Both the position numbers and the translations under genes were made by a program. A stretch of 64,000 bases of DNA. Source: a virus. The stretch is from the IMG/VR virus record IMGVR_UViG_3300027851_000021, positions 2,308 through 66,307 of that record. One strand, 5' to 3'. Under the pieces are notes generated by a model. It saw only the letters and a list, made by a program, of their open reading frames with translations. It ran no database searches and was not told where the DNA came from. Below, in pieces: positions 46,487-56,923 of the stretch. Each line of letters opens with the position of its first letter. Within the stretch, counting starts at the first letter, position 1.

Positions 46487-48919
46487 TTAAGTTTCTCTGG
46501 GTCCAAGCTTCTTTTTACCATTACCATGAATGATAAAGATCTTCTTATTGTTACGTGTACTCATATCGTCAAACTTAAGAATACCTTTCAACATGGTAGC
46601 ATGAGACGTTAGATAACGACCGAGACTACGTGAATTGATCAACTGTTGGTTATGATAATGCTCTTCGTTACCTTCAGCCCATGATGAAATATCTCCAGCA
46701 CTGAACGAGAAGCCTTCAGGTTTCGCAATACGCATCATTTCAACGTATTCCTTAATCGCTTCTAGAGTCCAGTCAGCATCAGACATATTACGTTGCATAC
46801 GTTGAATAAGTTTCTCTGCAACATCTACTCCATCTAATCCAATTACTTCAGCCATCAATGATAAGCACTGTTCATAGTTAGCTAAACGGTGTCCAGCTTT
46901 ATAATGCGGATTCCATTTTGTTTTTACTGCTACCAAGAACCTGTGTAATACTACCAGTTGATGAGCAAGCCAAGCTGTTCTACCACCATATTCATCAAGC
47001 TGATCATTAACCCAGTTTGCGTTATGTCCAGTCCCAACAGCAGCCATTTCAAACACGGCAGCACGCTGCATAATATCATTATTGTAGAAAGGTTGCTGAA
47101 CGGCCGTAAACGCGAAGACAGTATGAACCGGAATGGTGTTTTGTTCAGACGTTGTATATAGGCGTCTAAGTTCGATAGCAGGATACGGCTCCGTGACAAG
47201 CCTACAAAGCTCGTCGGACATCCTTTGACGGAGTTCCTTGTTTGTGAATTGCAAGTTATCAATAACATGCACTCCTCCAGCATTAGTAATCGAAGCATAC
47301 CAATCGCGTAAGTCAGATGGGACATTTCGTAACTTAGGGTTCCCCGTGAGTATCCCAAGGCGCAATTCGTAAAGAGATGACTTACCACTTCCAGGTTCTC
47401 CTATTGTTACTTCGATCGGTAATTGTGTACCCTTCCAACGCAATAAGAATGGGCTAATGTAATAGAGGAGGGAAGCTAGCTTCGCGGATTCGTCGCCACC
47501 TACCATATTTACCTTTTTGGAAATGATTTCATACCACCAAGGAACAGTCTTCCTTCGTAGCTGTACTTCCAATTCTTTAGCAAGATCCTCGTTTGATGTT
47601 GGCTCTACTTGTCCTTGTTCGAAGAGAAGTCCATAAGATCCATTCGACATAATCTTGATAGGATTATTCTCGTCAGCAGTTACAACGGCAAAATGACTAT
47701 CAGAGATCTGAACAGCCACTTCATCTTTATTCTTTCCAGCTAGAGCGGTAACTCTTCTGGGCTCAACCATATGTACTGGCTCTTCGCCCGTAAACTGCGT
47801 TGCCAACCATTGAATAACTCTTGTGTCAGCTGCACCGATTCCATAATTGCGATAAAGATGATTACCAAAAAGACTTTCATGCTGTGCTTCTCCGCTTTTG
47901 CTTAATAATGATGCTGGCATTAACGAAAGAGTCTTGTCGTTAAAGTAATATGGACTTCCATCCGATGATGATCTAAAACGTTTACCACCTGAATCCAAGT
48001 CAGCCAGAATACTTAAAGAAACTTCCTGAGTCTCTCTACGGTTTAAACGTTTTTGTAGTGACTGCGAAATCAACTGTCTAGCATTAGGATGCTTTGGAAA
48101 TGCATTACCCTGCTGCAAATTGACGGAAATCAACTTACACAATTTCTCTACCCCATTTTTAAGGAGGTAGTCATCAATTCCAACTTTACCCTCAGCATCA
48201 AATGGCAAGATCAACTGTCTAATAGAAGAGGTTTTCATTCCATTATAAAGTAGTTCATATCCTAGAGTACTAGCTGCACGCTGTACATCGAATTTAAGTC
48301 CGGAAGTTAAATCGGTATCGTAACAAATTAAAATATCCATACCTTGTTGAAGTAGGAAATCAATAAGTTCTTTTAGTCCTACTGCAAGACTCTTTTCATC
48401 AAAGCTTTCAGATCCTGGAGGAAGCTTAACACGTACTCCACCAGTCTCTTTAGCTCCGGCATAAACTTTTTCTAGTTTGGCTTCTGTAGGTAATAATAGC
48501 GTACGATTCAGCCATGAATATACTCCACCGACAGCTACACAAGGTAAACCAGCTTTACATACTGCAGAGGCTTTCTTTTCACCTTCAGTCAGAATGACAA
48601 AAGGCCTTACGAAAGTATCCGTAGGCATTGCTTTTAGATCTGCTACCGCTTTTTGAAAATTAGGCGGAAAGTATATATGATTTACAGTACCATGGATCTG
48701 CTTATATTTTACAGACTTACCTTCCATCATGTAATTAAACATGCGGAGCCTATAAAAAGGAATCCTATTACCTTCTAGGTTATAATATGGAATTACATAT
48801 CCAGTACTCGATACAGGAACCTTAGCTGCAGAGAACTCTGGAGGGCCTGCTTGGCGAACTCCCATGTCCTCTGTAGTCAGTCCTGAACGAGCCAGATCGT
48901 CTATTACGATTTGGTCCAT
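46487..48919 (-). CDS. primase-helicase (DUF3854/Toprim + P-loop)
   Basis: ILTEGEKKA, CYDTD, KVGIDDYL Toprim motifs; GEPGSGKSS, IDN. Confidence 0.85.
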   Translation of the reverse strand: MDQIVIDDLARSGLTTEDMGVRQAGPPEFSAAKVPVSSTGYVIPYYNLEGNRIPFYRLRMFNYMMEGKSVKYKQIHGTVNHIYFPPNFQKAVADLKAMPTDTFVRPFVILTEGEKKASAVCKAGLPCVAVGGVYSWLNRTLLLPTEAKLEKVYAGAKETGGVRVKLPPGSESFDEKSLAVGLKELIDFLLQQGMDILICYDTDLTSGLKFDVQRAASTLGYELLYNGMKTSSIRQLILPFDAEGKVGIDDYLLKNGVEKLCKLISVNLQQGNAFPKHPNARQLISQSLQKRLNRRETQEVSLSILADLDSGGKRFRSSSDGSPYYFNDKTLSLMPASLLSKSGEAQHESLFGNHLYRNYGIGAADTRVIQWLATQFTGEEPVHMVEPRRVTALAGKNKDEVAVQISDSHFAVVTADENNPIKIMSNGSYGLLFEQGQVEPTSNEDLAKELEVQLRRKTVPWWYEIISKKVNMVGGDESAKLASLLYYISPFLLRWKGTQLPIEVTIGEPGSGKSSLYELRLGILTGNPKLRNVPSDLRDWYASITNAGGVHVIDNLQFTNKELRQRMSDELCRLVTEPYPAIELRRLYTTSEQNTIPVHTVFAFTAVQQPFYNNDIMQRAAVFEMAAVGTGHNANWVNDQLDEYGGRTAWLAHQLVVLHRFLVAVKTKWNPHYKAGHRLANYEQCLSLMAEVIGLDGVDVAEKLIQRMQRNMSDADWTLEAIKEYVEMMRIAKPEGFSFSAGDISSWAEGNEEHYHNQQLINSRSLGRYLTSHATMLKGILKFDDMSTRNNKKIFIIHGNGKKKLGPRET

Positions 48920-48933
48920 TAAGAACTCCTGTA

Positions 48934-49197
48934 CTAAGTTGATGTGGTTAAGGAAACAATCTGATAATCGTTATATCGTCCAGCGGGACTCTTGCTTGTA
49001 TGTGTTTGCTGCATGACTACCCCATTTGCAACCATATCTTCTAAAACAGGTCTCCAGAACTCTGGCTTAACTTGTGGTCCAAGTCCAGCTTGTAACATAG
49101 TAGGCGAAATCCGCGGATAGATTTCTAGGATATGCTTTATACGGATTGCAATGGCTTCGAACTCATCGCTGTCAATTTCGTCTACTGTATCTGTCAT
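48934..49197 (-). CDS. small winged-helix-like hypothetical protein
   Basis: ORF upstream of the primase gene. Confidence 0.5.
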   Translation of the reverse strand: MTDTVDEIDSDEFEAIAIRIKHILEIYPRISPTMLQAGLGPQVKPEFWRPVLEDMVANGVVMQQTHTSKSPAGRYNDYQIVSLTTST

Positions 49198-49233
49198 TTG
49201 TTTCCTGCTTTAATGTTCTTAGTGTATTTAACT

Positions 49234-49262
49234 ATATTATAGGATTTCTAAGAAGAAATCAA
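49234..49262 (-). promoter_or_regulatory. sigma70-like promoter
   Basis: TTTG-TTGATT then TAATAT (17-nt spacer) or TATAAT (15-nt spacer). Confidence 0.6.
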
Positions 49263-49279
49263 CAAATATTTTTAATTAC

Positions 49280-50155
49280 CTATGAAGTTTGCCAAAATTC
49301 CTGAGGTTCGCCTACTTCAATATACTTCCTGAATTGCCCCCAGTATTTGTCAAAGTTACCTGACATGTTTCTGCCATTTATTTCTTCTTCACGCACAAGG
49401 GCTTTCGCTTGATGCTCAACAGGTGAGGCATGCATTGGGGCCGACCCCACCAAACGTTCATACAGCTCCAAATCCTTTTCGATCACAGGGTTCTCACCAT
49501 CATGAGTAAGGTACGAGACCCTCGCACATCGAGCAGCTGATATTTTGGCCAAGACACTAACTGTAAGTTGTTCACGTTCTTCAGTAGAGACATATGGTAA
49601 ATGGAATAAAGCGTTTCTTGTGTCATCGAAAGCAACCCTTCTTGGTTCATGTTCTTCCATAGCACGTTTCATATGCTTAGCTAAATGGCAGATATTAGGA
49701 TCAGCATCTGGATGATCCCGTAACTCAAAGAAATTAGTCCATTTAGATGACGTTACAATAACGTTCATAAATTGGAATGGCTCAAGAATACGATTAGCAA
49801 CTTGTTTATGTAAACCGAGGTTCATCATTTCTGTAGCTGTCTTAGCTGCATCTTTAGCTGCAATATTCCAGAGATCCATTGCATGTAAACAATCTACCGG
49901 AGATAACTCTTCCTTAGCTTGCATACCACTAACATTCTTTCCCCAATGAATAGGCATTGCAGGTTTACTAAGTACTTGTTCGATAATCTTCTTAACCGGG
50001 ATAGCGCGACTGCTTGATGCATTACGAGAAAAGACCCGATGGGTCATAAACTCAGAATGGATCAAACGGGGATAGCGTAGTTGTAGAGTGGTGAGTCTAC
50101 TTTCACCCCATCTGGTATCTTCGATAACCTTAGCTTCAAATCCGTGTATGTCCAT
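49280..50155 (-). CDS. thyX: flavin-dependent thymidylate synthase
   Basis: THRVFSRNASSSRAIP, LHKQVANRILEPF, FFELR, ARCARVSY, HASPVEHQA. Confidence 0.88.
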   Translation of the reverse strand: MDIHGFEAKVIEDTRWGESRLTTLQLRYPRLIHSEFMTHRVFSRNASSSRAIPVKKIIEQVLSKPAMPIHWGKNVSGMQAKEELSPVDCLHAMDLWNIAAKDAAKTATEMMNLGLHKQVANRILEPFQFMNVIVTSSKWTNFFELRDHPDADPNICHLAKHMKRAMEEHEPRRVAFDDTRNALFHLPYVSTEEREQLTVSVLAKISAARCARVSYLTHDGENPVIEKDLELYERLVGSAPMHASPVEHQAKALVREEEINGRNMSGNFDKYWGQFRKYIEVGEPQEFWQTS

Positions 50156-50397
50156 TATTCTTGTGCCTCCAGCATTTGTACGATTTCTCCTAATGTCTTA
50201 TCAGAAGATAGTTGTTCGTCTTTAATTTCAATTTCAAATTCCTCTTCCAACATCATGATTATTTCCATGCAGTCTAAAGAATCTGCACCTAATGATGACA
50301 ATGTTGTATCATCTTCGATGTCGTCAGCATTTTCGATTAGCATTTGGTCTATAAAAACTTTAACCACTACGGATTTAATGTCGGGTACTTGTTTCAT
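50155..50397 (-). CDS. acpP: acyl carrier protein
   Basis: 80 aa, acidic; LGADSLD..EIIM.LEEEFEIEI.DE phosphopantetheine-site signature. Confidence 0.85.
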   Translation of the reverse strand: MKQVPDIKSVVVKVFIDQMLIENADDIEDDTTLSSLGADSLDCMEIIMMLEEEFEIEIKDEQLSSDKTLGEIVQMLEAQE

Positions 50398-50639
50398 ACT
50401 TCTAATGCTCCTACACTCATATCAGCGTCATCAAGTTCTTTTTCAATACCGTCAAAGTCAAGATTCTTGGCGCGCATTTCATCGTTCCATTTACCTTGTG
50501 AAAGTCTGGTATCTTGATCTTTACAGATATGTAATAATGCTCCATATACTGCGTCTTCCTTAGTATTTGCACCAATTCGTACCATATGCATAATACCATC
50601 GAAGGCACTTAGAATAGATACTACCCATGACTTAATCAT
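50394..50639 (-). CDS. hypothetical protein
   Basis: AGGAG RBS; overlaps the ACP start. Confidence 0.55.
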   Translation of the reverse strand: MIKSWVVSILSAFDGIMHMVRIGANTKEDAVYGALLHICKDQDTRLSQGKWNDEMRAKNLDFDGIEKELDDADMSVGALEV

Positions 50640-50762
50640 TTAAATACTCCTATGTAATGAAAAAAGTTTGTTGCTATGCTCCCTATTAAAGAGCCCCAAA
50701 ACATCCCAGAATGAAAGGGGTCGTTAAACCCCTCTCTAATCCTAAAATATATAACGTACCAA

Positions 50763-51236
50763 TTAAATCTTTTTCCCATCATCCGCCATACGATTTTCGA
50801 TCTTATGGTCTGCACGATTAGTATTGAACTGAAGCTTCTCTTGTACTGCTCCCGCCAAATCTAATCCTAAACCACCTGCCATATCACAGATACGAATCAA
50901 TGCATCGGCTAGTTCAACTTCAAGCATAGGGCGATGTGGGAGTTTATCATCCTGTAAATTACGACGGTAACCTTCAAGACCTTCTGAAATCTCAGAATGG
51001 ATCAGACAAAGCATTTCAGGTACGTTACGATTTGGATTAGGATTCAAAGTACCATCTTTAACATGATGCCACCATCCCGCTGTAAGACCTAAACCATAAC
51101 ACACATTAACCAATTGGTCAACTGCGGATGAAGTTTGTTCAATCCCAGTTAAGCATAATGTACGCGCGTCTGCTTGTAATGGATGCTCATTGAATTTAGA
51201 AACCGAAATTTCCTTTAGTACGTCTTTTAATTGCAT
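50763..51236 (-). CDS. MazG-like nucleotide pyrophosphohydrolase
   Basis: LIHSEISEGLE...EVELADALIRICD...K..FN..R. Confidence 0.82.
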   Translation of the reverse strand: MQLKDVLKEISVSKFNEHPLQADARTLCLTGIEQTSSAVDQLVNVCYGLGLTAGWWHHVKDGTLNPNPNRNVPEMLCLIHSEISEGLEGYRRNLQDDKLPHRPMLEVELADALIRICDMAGGLGLDLAGAVQEKLQFNTNRADHKIENRMADDGKKI

Positions 51237-51264
51237 TTAGTTCTCCTTAGGGTTATTGGAATAC

Positions 51265-51347
51265 CTCATTCCAAAGAGATACTGTGCGACCTATGCAAAG
51301 ACTTCACAGGCGGAACAAATCCATGCACAGTATCCATTAAGAATGAG
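51265..51347 (-). other. long nested hairpin in the 5' leader of the MazG-like gene
   Basis: CTCATTC/GAATGAG enclosing GATACTGTGC/GCACAGTATC. Confidence 0.55.
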
Positions 51348-51375
51348 CCCGATTTCTCGGAACTCAATCCACCAC

Positions 51376-52472
51376 CTATAACATTCGCCCACTTTTAGCG
51401 ATTTGATCCTTAGGTAGATTTCTTTTAAGGAAAACATTCTCGAGCCAAGTAACTTTGCCTCCTAGGGCGGTAACCTGCGTTTTCGTACGGCGTAAATCAT
51501 CTCTACGGTTAATTTCTCTAGTAACCTTAGCTTTGTATTCTTTAGCACGTTCCAAGTAAGATAGTAGGGAATCATACATATCATTCCAATCTTGAACCAT
51601 AGCTACTTGTTCATCAGTAGGTTGGATATCGATATAAGGACGTAAATCCATATGAATGTCAAAATCACTCTGTGCATCAATAACATCGCTTCGAGCATTT
51701 TTACTTTCGACCAATAGTTCCCCATTGGACATTAAACGCATATCTTCTGACATAATTACCCCTTATACATGACTACGATAAACAGAGTAACCATTGCAGC
51801 TACTCCTAATATAAACCCACACACTACTATACCAAACGTTTTCATTCTATTTCCTTAATATTCAACTGTGTATATGCAGTTATAACCGTATTTTCTTCTT
51901 GCCATTCTTTAGTAGTATGTGCACGAACAGCTTCAATAGGAATGCCACTGCGTTCCATATCGACATATTCGCCAACATACTTTTCACCTGTAATGGTAGT
52001 AACGTTAAGTTCTTTAGCTCTTGCCTTTAAACCAGCTTTATAGAAATCCTGTAAGTCTGTACGTTCTTTAATTTCATCACGCAGTCTTCCCAGTTCATCT
52101 ATAAGAAACTCTGGCGTAGCATTAGCCGGCATTACTAGTTTAGGTTTCTTAGCCATATTATTCTGCCTTTGATTTATTATGTTCCTGTGCTCTACGGATT
52201 ACTCCCCAGAAATTATTCCACATAGCTTGACGGTTCATAGAGGATAAAAGGTTTTGGATATTCTTACGACGATATCCTTTTGTAGGATGTAATTGTACTA
52301 CATGCGTTGCATTAGGATCGTTGTAACATTCATTAGCCAGGTTTTCATTAAGACGATCAAGTTTAGATACGATCTTAGGTTGGATCTTATTTAATGGATC
52401 ATCAAACATACCTGAGGAATCTACTACGATTTGTTTTGCGTCTTGCGGAAATGGAGTTTTAAAGTCGATCAT
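51376..52472 (-). CDS. four small hypothetical genes (51376-51753, 51756-51845 29-aa TM peptide, 51842-52156, 52158-52472)
   Basis: Contiguous co-oriented ORFs; the 29-aa peptide was translated by hand. Confidence 0.5.
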
Positions 52473-52505
52473 TTTATGTGCTTTCCTTTTATATGCTTAT
52501 TGTTT

Positions 52506-52534
52506 ATTATATAATGAATTTCTAAGAACTTCAA
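52506..52534 (-). promoter_or_regulatory. sigma70-like promoter
   Basis: ACCAAAAGATTCTTC-TTGAAG-N17-TATAAT. Confidence 0.7.
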
Positions 52535-52657
52535 GAAGAATCTTTTGGTACTTTTAAATTATTGTTAGTTGCTCTAACGCGTTTAGACGTTTGCATTGGA
52601 AGAGAACGTTTCTCCACTAAGACTGTTCCATTATGGTAAGTCTCAATACGTTGACGT

Positions 52658-52882
52658 TTATTGGTGGGTTTTGAATCCTTCATCGTAGTATTCCTTAATC
52701 ATATCATTAACCATTTGTGACAAATCAATTCCTGTAGTTCTTTCCATCTGTCTTAAACGTTCATCTCCACGCGGAGTTAGGTATACAACTCGTTTCCGCA
52801 TGGATTTAACTTTTAATTGATGAAGGAAATCTAAGAATTGCTTGGTCGTTGTTCGCGTTATTACTATTCTCCCCTGACTCAT
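52658..52882 (-). CDS. ribbon-helix-helix-like regulator
   Basis: RVVYLT....RLRQM...TGIDLSQMVNDMIKEY. Confidence 0.55.
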   Translation of the reverse strand: MSQGRIVITRTTTKQFLDFLHQLKVKSMRKRVVYLTPRGDERLRQMERTTGIDLSQMVNDMIKEYYDEGFKTHQ

Positions 52883-52890
52883 GATATCAC

Positions 52891-53385
52891 CTAATCAGGA
52901 AGTGTGAATTTAGAATCTGGACCACCTGTACGCTTACGAACTACCGGAGCTTCGTTAGGTGCATTAAGTCCCTTATCAACAAACTTAAGTTCTGCTCCCC
53001 ATGCAGTATATGTTTGTTCTTTACCTTCTTTATTAAGCTTACCTTCAATGGTGTAGATGGTACACTTATTAACATAAACAGTTCTACAGGTTACAATACC
53101 TACAAAACCGTTAATGCGATGTTCACATCTATCTCCGGTTTCAAATTCAAATTCATGTTCCCAAGGAGTAAGTACATCAGTAGAACCTTCAGGTAAGACT
53201 AAAGAATCTTCATCCATAAAGGTAGCATCAGGTTTATAACTGGAATCTTCCTTAGATGGAGGTTGAACAGCTACTTGAATACTACCGTTAATACGTTGAG
53301 CCATAGCTGTAGCATATCCCTTAAGTCCGGAATATTTATCTTGAACCATAATACCGATAGGTATTTTAAATTGTACTACTGTCAT
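52891..53385 (-). CDS. protein with a tandemly duplicated small beta domain
   Basis: Two copies of G-x-x-V/C-x-D/H-x3-G-L/F-x-G; C-terminal RTGGP. Confidence 0.55.
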   Translation of the reverse strand: MTVVQFKIPIGIMVQDKYSGLKGYATAMAQRINGSIQVAVQPPSKEDSSYKPDATFMDEDSLVLPEGSTDVLTPWEHEFEFETGDRCEHRINGFVGIVTCRTVYVNKCTIYTIEGKLNKEGKEQTYTAWGAELKFVDKGLNAPNEAPVVRKRTGGPDSKFTLPD

Positions 53386-53397
53386 TTATCTCTCCTG

Positions 53398-54447
53398 TTA
53401 AAATGGTATATCGTCGGGTTGATCTTCGTAAGAAAGGTCTGGATGATATTCTTTGAGAGCCTTCTCAATAATATCCGCCATAGCTTCCATATCTATACCT
53501 TCTGGTAATGTTACTACGATAGTAAACTTACCATCACGTTTCTTCTTTAAGGCTCTAGTGGCTTTAACTAAGTTCTCGTACATTCGGATAACTGTCGGAT
53601 TGACTTTATCCTTACTTTTCTTAATTAACCGTTTTACGACCGATAAGAAGGTATCGCTAGCAGAATCACGACCTATAAAGTTAAGTGTACTTTCATAATG
53701 TGTTTCAGGTGCAGTAACAATCTTCTCAATCAGTTCGGAATCATTAGAAGCTACAATGCCTTTAACAAGTTTGTCGGTAAAGCTACTTGTACTGTAAAGA
53801 GTCCTATCCTCTGTAAGATAAGCATAACCTGTCATATCATAACTATGGAGTAGAGGTTTCTCGAAAGCTGCTACACGTATTCCTTTATTGAAAACCGCAT
53901 TACTTTCGCCTTCATGAATATCCAAATCTCCATCTACCGTTTTAACAGCCTTTGAAGACAAGAAAACGTCTGACTTTTCAATTAAGACTTGAACCATTTC
54001 ATCACCCTCGACGATAATCTGTGTCACATCCTCAATTGGTGTAGGATCCATGTTATCTGGAAATACGTCTCCGCCTTCATCGATGGTATTGGAATAGAGT
54101 TCTCTGAATGCCATCCATAGTTCCCAATTCTTCCCGAGATCGGTTGTAAATGGGAGATCTAAGATGGTGTGGATTGAATCATCCGTGCGATTAATTCCTG
54201 TCATCTGGATAAAGTTAAATGATTTGCCGCGAACGTCATCTGGTTTGAGTTCGAAAGTGTATTCGATCATACCTATCCAAACAGTTATTTTTTGATTGTT
54301 CCTTAGACATACAGCGATGGCATACTTTAGTCCTGTACCGAATTGACCAATGGGAGACTTATTATCTCCTTTAGCCGATACACCGAAGGTTGTAATACCT
54401 CGAATATCTAATAGACCCCTATTTCGGAATATTACTTTATTTTCCAT
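53398..54447 (-). CDS. GHKL (HATPase_c)-like ATPase with permuted motif order
   Basis: IGQFGTGLKYA near the N-terminus; AFRELYSNTIDEG later. Confidence 0.7.
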   Translation of the reverse strand: MENKVIFRNRGLLDIRGITTFGVSAKGDNKSPIGQFGTGLKYAIAVCLRNNQKITVWIGMIEYTFELKPDDVRGKSFNFIQMTGINRTDDSIHTILDLPFTTDLGKNWELWMAFRELYSNTIDEGGDVFPDNMDPTPIEDVTQIIVEGDEMVQVLIEKSDVFLSSKAVKTVDGDLDIHEGESNAVFNKGIRVAAFEKPLLHSYDMTGYAYLTEDRTLYSTSSFTDKLVKGIVASNDSELIEKIVTAPETHYESTLNFIGRDSASDTFLSVVKRLIKKSKDKVNPTVIRMYENLVKATRALKKKRDGKFTIVVTLPEGIDMEAMADIIEKALKEYHPDLSYEDQPDDIPF

Positions 54448-55998
54448 TAGCGTACATTCCTACGTTTGAGTTCTGCTTCGAATTTATCTTCCCAGTCGCG
54501 CCAGTATTGAAGTACAGCATCTCCATCATATTCTTCTGTACTACAACGGTTAACATAACTCATTTCTTTATGAATATTCTGTCTACGCTTTTTGAGCCAT
54601 GCAATTGTATTCTCGATATGTTCAGTATCCATCTCTGGAAGAGGTAACTCTCTTTTACGGGACGCTTTCCATACTGGAGCATTACGAGTACCGACTGGCC
54701 ATTCAGCTTCAAGAATACCTATACGTTTAAATAAACCTTGAATAAAGCTGGTAGATACAATAACTTCAGGATCTCCAGCACCTCCTCCACCTCCTCCACC
54801 TCCACAACAGAATAACTCCGCTTGAGTACTTACTCCTCCAGACCCACCAGTAGCGTAACCTGGTTTTGGTTTATTACTATGCTCACTGAAAGTAGAACCT
54901 GCAAATGCAGTATTTGGAGATGCTTTAAACCGGGTAATAGTATCAAAGATCTTTTCGGTAATTTCTGGTTGGATTAATACGATATTATCATCAGGGGTAA
55001 GTAAGAATAGACCTTCTTTTGTCAGCGAAATGATGCGACATTTGTCTACATAGATTTTTTGTGTCATTGGAATCTCCATTGGAATATTAAGAATATTATA
55101 GCTGAAAACTTATGGACTATCAATAAGGAATTTATTAGTCGACCATTAAAATATTTTGTACAGGATATTTGGTATAAAAATTGTTCTGTACTAATAATGT
55201 ACCTCCCATACCAATATGAAAGCTTGCACCCAATACTTGCATTAGATGCCATAGTTGACAAGATTGATAGCCACTTGCGTCTATCTTTAATTCCTCAACT
55301 GACATCTCGCGTATTAGGTGCCATTTCTTCCAAGTAGCTTCGCCTTCTGGCGTAAGACGGAAATAGACTGTATCGTTGATATTTATCTTTGACATTTATT
55401 ACTCCTTATCTTTTTTGTGAGGCTTAAATTACGTTTTACTTCCTGTATCATCTTACGTCTTGCTTCTAGTTCCTCAACAGTTAGTTGCATAGACTTACCT
55501 TCCATAGAAGGAATATTATTCTCAATAACGACGTTAGCAAACGTAGCACCAGGAGGACAAGTACGCATTCTTAAAGGTACATCTTCCCACATATGTTCTA
55601 ATGCATTATTAGTGTTTGCGTCATCATCAGTCCAGCCACAACAATCGCATTCTAAATATGCATTAGTACAATTAGAACACGGAGCATTACCTGCATTACA
55701 ATAACAGGGATGTTGGGTTAGCTTAAGCCATCCCATACACTCTGGACCTCGTTTAGGGCACATATCTCCTTCTTCTATGTCTTTACGCATGGGCCGACTC
55801 CAGCTGAGCATAGTCTCGATTCATTACACGCCCTTTAAGATCACAACGTTGAATGGTTTTATAACCCTTAATGATTTTCATGGACTCTACGCGACATGTT
55901 AACGCTGCTTCAATTAGATTACCGTCAGCTATATAGAAATAACCGCGATGTAACATGATTTTGTCATCTAAGACTGGTTCGTTAAGTTCTACTGGCAT
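54447..55998 (-). CDS. hypothetical genes (54447-55079, 55135-55395, 55383-~55790 Cys-rich, 55783-55998)
   Basis: Co-oriented ORFs; the 55383 ORF has multiple CxxC/CxC motifs. Confidence 0.5.
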
Positions 55999-56426
55999 TT
56001 ATACCTCGGCGATATGAAAAGTTGAAGGGAGTTCGATTGAAGGAGCGTAACAACTAGGAACATCACGTTGATGCAGATACACATCAAATGCCTGTATACC
56101 TATTGTAAAGAGTACTACACCAATAGTAAGTGCTAACATAAGCTTTTCATACATATTAATATCCCTTATAACGTAATACAATTGAAGTGATAGCCAATAT
56201 CATACTCAGTATTGCAAAACCCATAGAATATCGAGCATAACGTTTAGCTTCTTTATTATAGTCCTTTGACATTATCCACTCCCTTAGGTGTAAATATAAG
56301 TTTCAATAATAAAATGAACATACATATTACGGTTATTATAATAGTAATAGGCGTTAAAAATATCATACCAATAACCCAAAAGATGAACAAGAACAGACTT
56401 AATATAAAAATCATTATTCCGCGCAT
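55999..56426 (-). CDS. three tiny membrane proteins (56256-56426, 56156-56272, 55999-56154)
   Basis: Hand-translated 56-, 38- and 51-aa hydrophobic ORFs with overlapping or adjacent stops and starts. Confidence 0.55.
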
Positions 56427-56923
56427 TATTTACCTCGTAATTGTTGACGTTGTTCTAGCATATGTTTTCTGGCCATTTTATCACATTGGTCATTAACCCA
56501 AGTTCTAGGTTTTCCAGTACCAGAATGTGCCTTAACTTTATTGGCTTTCCAGTCTAACTTATACTTACCTAAAATTTGTCTTAATTCCAGCAAAGCTTTT
56601 CGTTCCCAATCAACGGCTGTGTTGGATCCGTTGAGAAGATCAACCACGCGCTGATTATCACAAACAAATACCACGTAATGGACACGAGACAAGAGATCAT
56701 CCTCCTCTGCATGTATGAGAGCTCGTAACACAGCCAAAAATTCACCCATGTTAGAGCTAATAATTTTTTGATCATAAGTACCTCCATAGAGTTTACCTGG
56801 TTGCGAATCCCTCATCCATACACCATAACCAGCAGCACCAGTTTCATGACATAATGAAGTATCCGAAAAGACTGTTAAGATATTACGCTCGTTACGCAGA
56901 TCAACTACAACATCAGTCATCAA
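56426..56923 (-). CDS. ribonuclease HI-like protein
   Basis: VFSDTS, SN.GEFLAV, VCDNQ, KVKAHS...N..CDKMAR. Confidence 0.82.
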   Translation of the reverse strand: MMTDVVVDLRNERNILTVFSDTSLCHETGAAGYGVWMRDSQPGKLYGGTYDQKIISSNMGEFLAVLRALIHAEEDDLLSRVHYVVFVCDNQRVVDLLNGSNTAVDWERKALLELRQILGKYKLDWKANKVKAHSGTGKPRTWVNDQCDKMARKHMLEQRQQLRGK

